Below are positions 28,531-33,671 of a DNA stretch of 33,671 bases, in pieces. The position numbers and the translations under genes are program-made. Every line of letters begins with the position of its first letter. The first letter of the stretch is position 1. The notes below the pieces were generated by a model. It made no database searches. It saw nothing but the letters and a program-made list of their open reading frames with translations, and was not told the DNA's origin. Source of the DNA: Methyloceanibacter sp. GTDB lineage: Bacteria; Pseudomonadota; Alphaproteobacteria; Rhizobiales; Methyloligellaceae. The stretch spans positions 1 through 33,671 of the forward strand of contig DATEMT010000027.1 of NCBI GenBank assembly GCA_035275445.1. The letters are read 5' to 3'.

Positions 28531-29703
28531 CTAATCGAGGGTACGGCGGAAGCGGAACAGAGCAAGCCCCATCGCCGCCAGCATGAAGAGCACCAGCGCC
28601 AGCACGTCGGTGTGCATGTCGGCAAAGCCGATGCCTTTGAGCGTGATGCCGCGCACGATGCGCAGGAAATGGGTGAGCGGCAGGAGCTGGCCGATGGCTT
28701 GCGCCCACTCCGGCATGCCGCGGAACGGGAACATGAAGCCCGACAGCAAAATATTGGGCAGGAAGAAGAAGAACGTCATCTGCACCGCCTGGAGCTGGTT
28801 CTCGGCGATGGTGGAGAAGGTGTAGCCCACGGCGAGGTTGGCGGCGGCGAACAGGGTCGCAAGCCCGACCAGGAGCCAGACGCTGCCCATGATGGGCACC
28901 CCGAACAGGACGTGCGCCGCGCCGACGATGATGGTCATCTGCACGAAGCCGACGACAACGAAGGGCGCGATCTTGCCGATCATGATCTCGACCGGCCTGA
29001 TCGGCATGGCGAGCAGGCTCTCCATGGTGCCGCGCTCGATCTCGCGCGTCACCGCAAGCGCGGTGAACATCATCATGGTCATGGTCAGGACCACGCCGAG
29101 CAGCCCCGGCACGATGTTGTACTGGGTGATGCCCTCGGGGTTGTAGCGGTTCTGCACGGTGATGCCGAAGGGCGGCGCGGTGTTGGTCAGATCGTCGTCG
29201 GGCCCGCGCAGCTCGCGCCTCATCGCCGTGTCGATCAGGCCTTGCAGCGCCGACACCGCCGTACCGGTCGCGACCGGATCGGTCGCATCGGCGATCACGA
29301 GGACCTGGGGACGGTCGCCCCGGCGCACGTCGCGCTCGAAGCTTGCCGGGATCTCGACCGCGAACTGCACGTCGCCCCTCCGCACCAGCCGGTCGAGCTC
29401 GGCCGAATCGTGCACCTGCACCTTGAAGTCGAAATAGTCGGTGTTGCGCATGGACGCGAGCACGGCGCGGGTCAGCGGCCCGTCGTCGCGGGTGAGCACC
29501 GCCGTCGGCAGTTGCTTGGGGTCGGTATTGATGGCGTAGCCGAACAGCACGAGTTGCATGATCGGCACGATGATCATGGTGGCGAAGGTCATGCGGTCGC
29601 GCCGCATCTGGACGAATTCCTTGATGACCACCGCCCACATGCGCCGGAAGAAGCCGGGATCGCGCCGCTCGCTCGCGCCGTACTGGTAGGGCGTGCCGGT
29701 CAT
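28531..29703 (-). CDS. ABC-2 type exporter permease (YbhS/YbhR-like)
   Basis: KEF.QMRRDR, LFGYAINTD, RYNP, REIERGTMESLL..P, LLSGFMFP..GMP. Confidence 0.93.
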   Translation of the reverse strand: MTGTPYQYGASERRDPGFFRRMWAVVIKEFVQMRRDRMTFATMIIVPIMQLVLFGYAINTDPKQLPTAVLTRDDGPLTRAVLASMRNTDYFDFKVQVHDSAELDRLVRRGDVQFAVEIPASFERDVRRGDRPQVLVIADATDPVATGTAVSALQGLIDTAMRRELRGPDDDLTNTAPPFGITVQNRYNPEGITQYNIVPGLLGVVLTMTMMMFTALAVTREIERGTMESLLAMPIRPVEIMIGKIAPFVVVGFVQMTIIVGAAHVLFGVPIMGSVWLLVGLATLFAAANLAVGYTFSTIAENQLQAVQMTFFFFLPNILLSGFMFPFRGMPEWAQAIGQLLPLTHFLRIVRGITLKGIGFADMHTDVLALVLFMLAAMGLALFRFRRTLD

Positions 29704-30626
29704 GCGAAATTGTCCTTGGCATTGTTCATCAGCAGAATGAACACGTCTTCGAGGCTCGGCGCGCCGCGCGTCCAGCGATGGGCGCCGTCTTGTTTCTTGG
29801 CGGCGGCGATGGCGGCGTCGAGCGCGGCGTGGTCACGGCCCGAGACGTGAAGCTCGGCGCCGAACGGCGCCACCATGTCGATGCCCGCGCGGCGCTGAAG
29901 CGAAGCGCCGAGCCCCCGCAAATCGCCGCCCGAGACGATCCAGGTGTTCAGCCCCGACTGCGCCACGACTTCTTTGGCGGTGCCTTGCGCCAGCAGCTCG
30001 CCGAACGCGATATAGGCGAGTTCGTGGCAGCGCTCGGCTTCGTCCATGTAATGGGTGGAGACGAGCACGGTGATGCCCTCGGCGGCGAGGTTGTGGATTT
30101 CGTCCCAGAACTCGCGACGCGCCTTGGGATCGACGCCGGCGGTCGGCTCGTCGAGCAGAAGGAGCCGCGGCTCGGGCAGGATACAGGCGCCGAGCGCCAG
30201 CCGCTGCTTCCAGCCGCCCGACAATTCGCCCGCGAGCTGGTCTTGCCGCCCGGCGAGCCCGAGCCGGTCGATGGCGCGGGACGCCGCGTCTTTTGGGTGC
30301 GGCACGCCGTAGACGCGGGCGACAAATTCGAGGTTCTCGCGGATCGAGAGGTCGGAATAGAGGCTGAAGCGCTGGGTCATGTAGCCGACATTGCGCTTGA
30401 TCGCCTCGGATTGGGTTCTGATGTCGTAGCCGAGGCAGGTGCCTTGGCCCGCGTCGGGGGTCAGCAACCCGCACAGCATCCTGAGCGTCGTGGTCTTGCC
30501 GCTGCCGTTCGGGCCGAGAAAGCCGTAGATCTCCCCCTTCGGCACTTTCAGGCTGAGGTCGCGCACCACGGTGCGGCCGTCGAAACTTTTGGTCAGGCCG
30601 TTCACGTCGATGGCGATTTCCTTCAT
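29700..30626 (-). CDS. ABC exporter ATP-binding protein (single NBD)
   Basis: Walker A GPNGSGKTT, LSGGWKQR, LLLDEPT, STHYMDE; ATGA overlaps at both ends. Confidence 0.95.
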   Translation of the reverse strand: MKEIAIDVNGLTKSFDGRTVVRDLSLKVPKGEIYGFLGPNGSGKTTTLRMLCGLLTPDAGQGTCLGYDIRTQSEAIKRNVGYMTQRFSLYSDLSIRENLEFVARVYGVPHPKDAASRAIDRLGLAGRQDQLAGELSGGWKQRLALGACILPEPRLLLLDEPTAGVDPKARREFWDEIHNLAAEGITVLVSTHYMDEAERCHELAYIAFGELLAQGTAKEVVAQSGLNTWIVSGGDLRGLGASLQRRAGIDMVAPFGAELHVSGRDHAALDAAIAAAKKQDGAHRWTRGAPSLEDVFILLMNNAKDNFA

Positions 30627-31612
30627 CGCCGCACCAATTGCTCGCCGGGAGCGAGTTTCACCGTCACCGGCTGGCCGGCGGTGAGATCGGCCGCCTCCCC
30701 GTCGGGCCGCGCCTCGACGAGATAGACGAGCTTCTGCCGCTGCTCGCGCGAAAAGATCACCGGCGGGGTGAACTCGGCCTCGCGCGAGATGAAGCTGATC
30801 TTGGCGTGGAGGTCGGCGGCGCAGCCGTCGCAAGAGAGCGCGACGCGCTGATCGACGCGGAGCTGGGAGCGCTCGGTCTCGGCGACGAAGAAGCGGACTT
30901 TGAGATTGCGCGGCGGCAACAGCGCCGCCACCGCCTGGCCGATTTTCACCACTTCGCCCGGCCGGAAATAGATCTCCTGCACCGTCCCGTTTGCGGGCGC
31001 GAGCACGTTGCGCTTGCCGAGATTCTTCTCGGCTTCGGCAAGCGCATGGCGCGCCGCCTCGGCGTTGGCGGCCGCCGCGTCGATCATGTCGGAGCGGCCG
31101 GGGAGCCGCGCCGCCGCGATGCGCTTCTCGGCCTCGGCCACGGTCGCCTGATTGCGATCGTGCTGGGCGATGGCGTCGTCGAGCTGCGCCTTGGTGTTCC
31201 AGCCCTTACCGAACAGGGACTGGGCGCGGTCGAGATTGTTGCTCGCGACTTGCAGCATGGCCTTGGCCTCGGCAAGCGCGGCTTCGAGCACCTCGATTTC
31301 GCCCGGCCGCTGCAATTCGGCCTTGGCGTCGGCGAGGCGGGCGTCCGCTTCGGCGGCACGGGCTTTCGCTGCCGCGACCGCCGCCTCCTGCTCGGAGCTT
31401 TCCAGCGTGAAGACCGGGTCGCCCTGCTTCACGCTGTCGCCTTCCTCGACGGAGAGCGCCTCGATGCGGCCGCCCTGCTCGGAGCCGACGAGAACGAGAT
31501 CGGCCTCCATGTAGCCGGGGAACGCGGGCTCATTGTTCGCCGAATAGCTGGTGAGCAGGAGGGCGCCGGCGGCCACGACGAGGGCGCCGATGATGACGAC
31601 AATCCGCTTCAT
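30623..31612 (-). CDS. HlyD-family periplasmic adaptor (YbhG-like)
   Basis: N-terminal anchor, GRIEAL.VEEGD.V..GD lipoyl half-motif, coiled coil, AEFTPP motif. Confidence 0.92.
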   Translation of the reverse strand: MKRIVVIIGALVVAAGALLLTSYSANNEPAFPGYMEADLVLVGSEQGGRIEALSVEEGDSVKQGDPVFTLESSEQEAAVAAAKARAAEADARLADAKAELQRPGEIEVLEAALAEAKAMLQVASNNLDRAQSLFGKGWNTKAQLDDAIAQHDRNQATVAEAEKRIAAARLPGRSDMIDAAAANAEAARHALAEAEKNLGKRNVLAPANGTVQEIYFRPGEVVKIGQAVAALLPPRNLKVRFFVAETERSQLRVDQRVALSCDGCAADLHAKISFISREAEFTPPVIFSREQRQKLVYLVEARPDGEAADLTAGQPVTVKLAPGEQLVRR

Positions 31613-32295
31613 CGCGCCTCTCCACTACCGCTCGCCGGCCGCGCCCGGATCGCTTCGACGAGAAGATCGACATGAGTGGCGAGCAGCTTGTCGGTATCGA
31701 GATGATGGTGGCGCTCGAACAGCGTGCGCCAGACGACGGCAAGCAGGACCGGCGCGATGAGGAGCTGGGGAAAGTCACGCAGAGCGGTCGGCCTGAACTC
31801 GCCGCGCTCGATCCCACGATCGATGAACGCTTTCAGCGTTTCGCGCGCCTTGGCGATGACCTGGTCGTAATAGAATTCGGTGAGCTCGGGGTGCTTGTGG
31901 CCCTCGGCGATGAGGAGGCGCGCGATCAGCACGCGGCGCGACAGCACGAGCTCCTGTAGGAAGGCGAGGAACGGTCCCTTGAGGAAGGCCTCGCAGGAGA
32001 GCTCGGTGCCGAGCATGCGCTCGCGCATGGCGTCGAACAGCGGGGTGATGACGCTGCGGATGACGGCCTTGAACAGCTCTTCCTTGGTCTTGAAGTAGAG
32101 GTAAGGCAGGCCCTTGCTGACCTTGGCGCGCGCAGCCACGTCTTCGAGCCTGGTCGCGGCATAGCCGTTGGCGGCGAATTCCTCGAAGGCCGCGGCGACG
32201 ATCTCGTTCGGGCGCCCGTCCTTGCGCGTACGGCGTTTTGGGCTCTCCGGCCTCGCGGCGCTCTCTTTCCTCCTCGCGGTTCCCGCTCTCGCCAT
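31609..32295 (-). CDS. TetR/AcrR family transcriptional regulator
   Basis: EIVAAAFEEF...GYAATRLEDVA.RA.VSKG..YLYF.TKEELF HTH; start ATG 32295 or GTG 32319. Confidence 0.95.
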   Translation of the reverse strand: MARAGTARRKESAARPESPKRRTRKDGRPNEIVAAAFEEFAANGYAATRLEDVAARAKVSKGLPYLYFKTKEELFKAVIRSVITPLFDAMRERMLGTELSCEAFLKGPFLAFLQELVLSRRVLIARLLIAEGHKHPELTEFYYDQVIAKARETLKAFIDRGIERGEFRPTALRDFPQLLIAPVLLAVVWRTLFERHHHLDTDKLLATHVDLLVEAIRARPASGSGEAR

Positions 32296-32334
32296 GGCCC
32301 TGCCCTCGCCTCCTGCCACCTTCGGTGCCGCCTC

Positions 32335-32363
32335 AACTTATGACTGACCGGTCAGTATTGCAA
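32335..32363 (-). promoter_or_regulatory. Sigma70-type promoter with TetR-like operator in the spacer
   Basis: Minus strand TTGCAA-17 nt-TAAGTT; the spacer holds the perfect 14-bp palindrome ACTGACCGGTCAGT (32343-32356). Confidence 0.8.
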
Positions 32364-32861
32364 GGACCGTAAGATTTCTCATCTAGGGCAACGGGTTATG
32401 ATTCAGAGCTGACGGCAAAATGGTGAAGAACGATGCGCCGGGTACGCCTAAGCGCGGGGGTGGGCTCGCCCACATTCGCCGACGAATAAGAGAGCGTCCG
32501 AACCGAGCTTCTCCGGCAGAAGGGCGCGATAACGCGCGACCGCAGACCCAACGCGCACAAATTCCGGGAACGCTTTACAGGCAGGCGTCACAAGATATCG
32601 CTATCGGCGATCGCGTCGCCAAGTCGCATCGAGCTTTGGCATCCTGCATCGATCCTTGTCGGTTTTGCAGTTCGCTCTCACGCGAGAGTGTCACGGTGGC
32701 CTCCCGAAGATGTGATCTCTTTCTCGGTTCCCGAAGAACCTAAGGCCACGCTTGCGAAACAACGATCGCGTTATGTCGTGAGTCTTGGCTGCGGCGTTCT
32801 GGCACTGGAGCGCGAAGCCTCGGCGCGCGTAGGGGGATGCTCCCAACGGATGGAGAGCGTC

Positions 32862-33671
32862 ATGAAACTTTCTCCTCGCAATCTTCGGCACGTTCGCTCG
32901 AGGCAAATCATTGGCGGCGCCGAGATCGATCGCCGGGGCGCATTGGAATGCATGATCTGGGCCGGCACCGGCGTCTTGTGGACGCTCTCGGGAGGCGTGC
33001 CGAAATCCTTGGGCCTGCTCGGCGATGCGTTCGCCGCAGAAACTTCGGCCTTCACCTTCGCGCATATCAGCGACAGCCATATCGGCTTCAACAAGCCGGC
33101 CAATCCGGATGCGATCGGCACGCTTCGCGAGGCCATCGGCAAGGTCAAGGACCTAAAGACGCGTCCGGCCTTCATGATCCATACCGGCGATATCACCCAT
33201 CTTTCCAAGCCGGAAGAATTCGACGATGCCGACCAGCTCATCGGCGAGGCCAGGCTCGACGTTCACTACGTTCCCGGCGAGCATGACGTTATCGACGAGG
33301 GCCTCGGCAAGGCCTATCTCGCCCGTTACGGCAAGAACGCCAAGGGCTCCGGTTGGTACAGCTTCGACGATCACGGCGTTCACTTCATTGCCCTCGTCAA
33401 CGTGATCGACCTCAAGGCCGGCGGCATTGGACGGCTCGGGCCCGACCAGCTCGCCTGGCTCGCCGACGACATCAAAGACAAATCGGACTCTACGCCGATC
33501 GTCGTCCTCGCCCATATCCCGCTCTGGACCGTCTATGCCGAGTGGGGCTGGGGCACCGATGACGGATTGCAGGCCCTCAATCTCTTAAAGCGGTTCGGCT
33601 CGGTGACGGTGCTGAATGGGCACATTCACCAAATCGTACAAAAGGTCGAAGGCAATATGACCTTCCATACG
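32862..33671 (+). CDS. Calcineurin-like metallophosphoesterase (Icc/CpdA-like) with Tat-like signal; runs off the window end, not in ORF track
   Basis: GGAGAG RBS; MKLSPRN...DRRGALECMIWAGTG; ISDSH, HTGDITH, PGEHD, AHIP and NGHIH motifs; no stop before the end. Confidence 0.9.
   Translation, partial: MKLSPRNLRHVRSRQIIGGAEIDRRGALECMIWAGTGVLWTLSGGVPKSLGLLGDAFAAETSAFTFAHISDSHIGFNKPANPDAIGTLREAIGKVKDLKTRPAFMIHTGDITHLSKPEEFDDADQLIGEARLDVHYVPGEHDVIDEGLGKAYLARYGKNAKGSGWYSFDDHGVHFIALVNVIDLKAGGIGRLGPDQLAWLADDIKDKSDSTPIVVLAHIPLWTVYAEWGWGTDDGLQALNLLKRFGSVTVLNGHIHQIVQKVEGNMTFHT

Noticed and set aside
28136-29722. 528-aa minus-strand ORF overlapping the ABC permease
   Set aside because: The upstream part is an off-frame shadow of the permease; only the last ~110 codons look like a real gene
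32420-32743. 107-aa ORF in the large intergenic region
   Set aside because: No RBS, no motif and atypical codon usage

Overview
GC-rich alphaproteobacterial chromosome segment. A Hyphomicrobiales methylotroph such as Methyloceanibacter is a plausible source, inferred from pqqA, mch and gene order. From left to right: the 3' end of asd; a beta-carbonic anhydrase divergent from an NAD-dependent formate dehydrogenase and an OFA-family MFS transporter that carries an extra internal membrane domain; an orphan 29-aa pqqA absent from the ORF track, followed by a terminator; a DUF2339 membrane protein; mesaconyl-CoA hydratase; a Cu/Zn SOD broken by a single missing C; sdhCDAB; a ~6 kb patch of small, mostly secreted or membrane hypothetical genes; mdh-sucCD-sucAB-lpdA; a minus-strand TetR/HlyD/ABC exporter operon with a clear operator inside its promoter, followed by a GALA(I/V/M)-repeat small protein and a DUF1772 gene behind an EcfG-type promoter motif; and the 5' part of a Tat-type metallophosphoesterase. 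I saw no rRNA, tRNA, IS element or CRISPR array. Most of the window is core metabolism. The best candidates for something undescribed are the CA/FDH/OFA/pqqA formate-CO2 module with its LysR-like dyad and inserted transporter domain, and the putative stress-regulated GALA-repeat/DUF1772 pair. All family assignments come from motif recognition by eye, not database searches.
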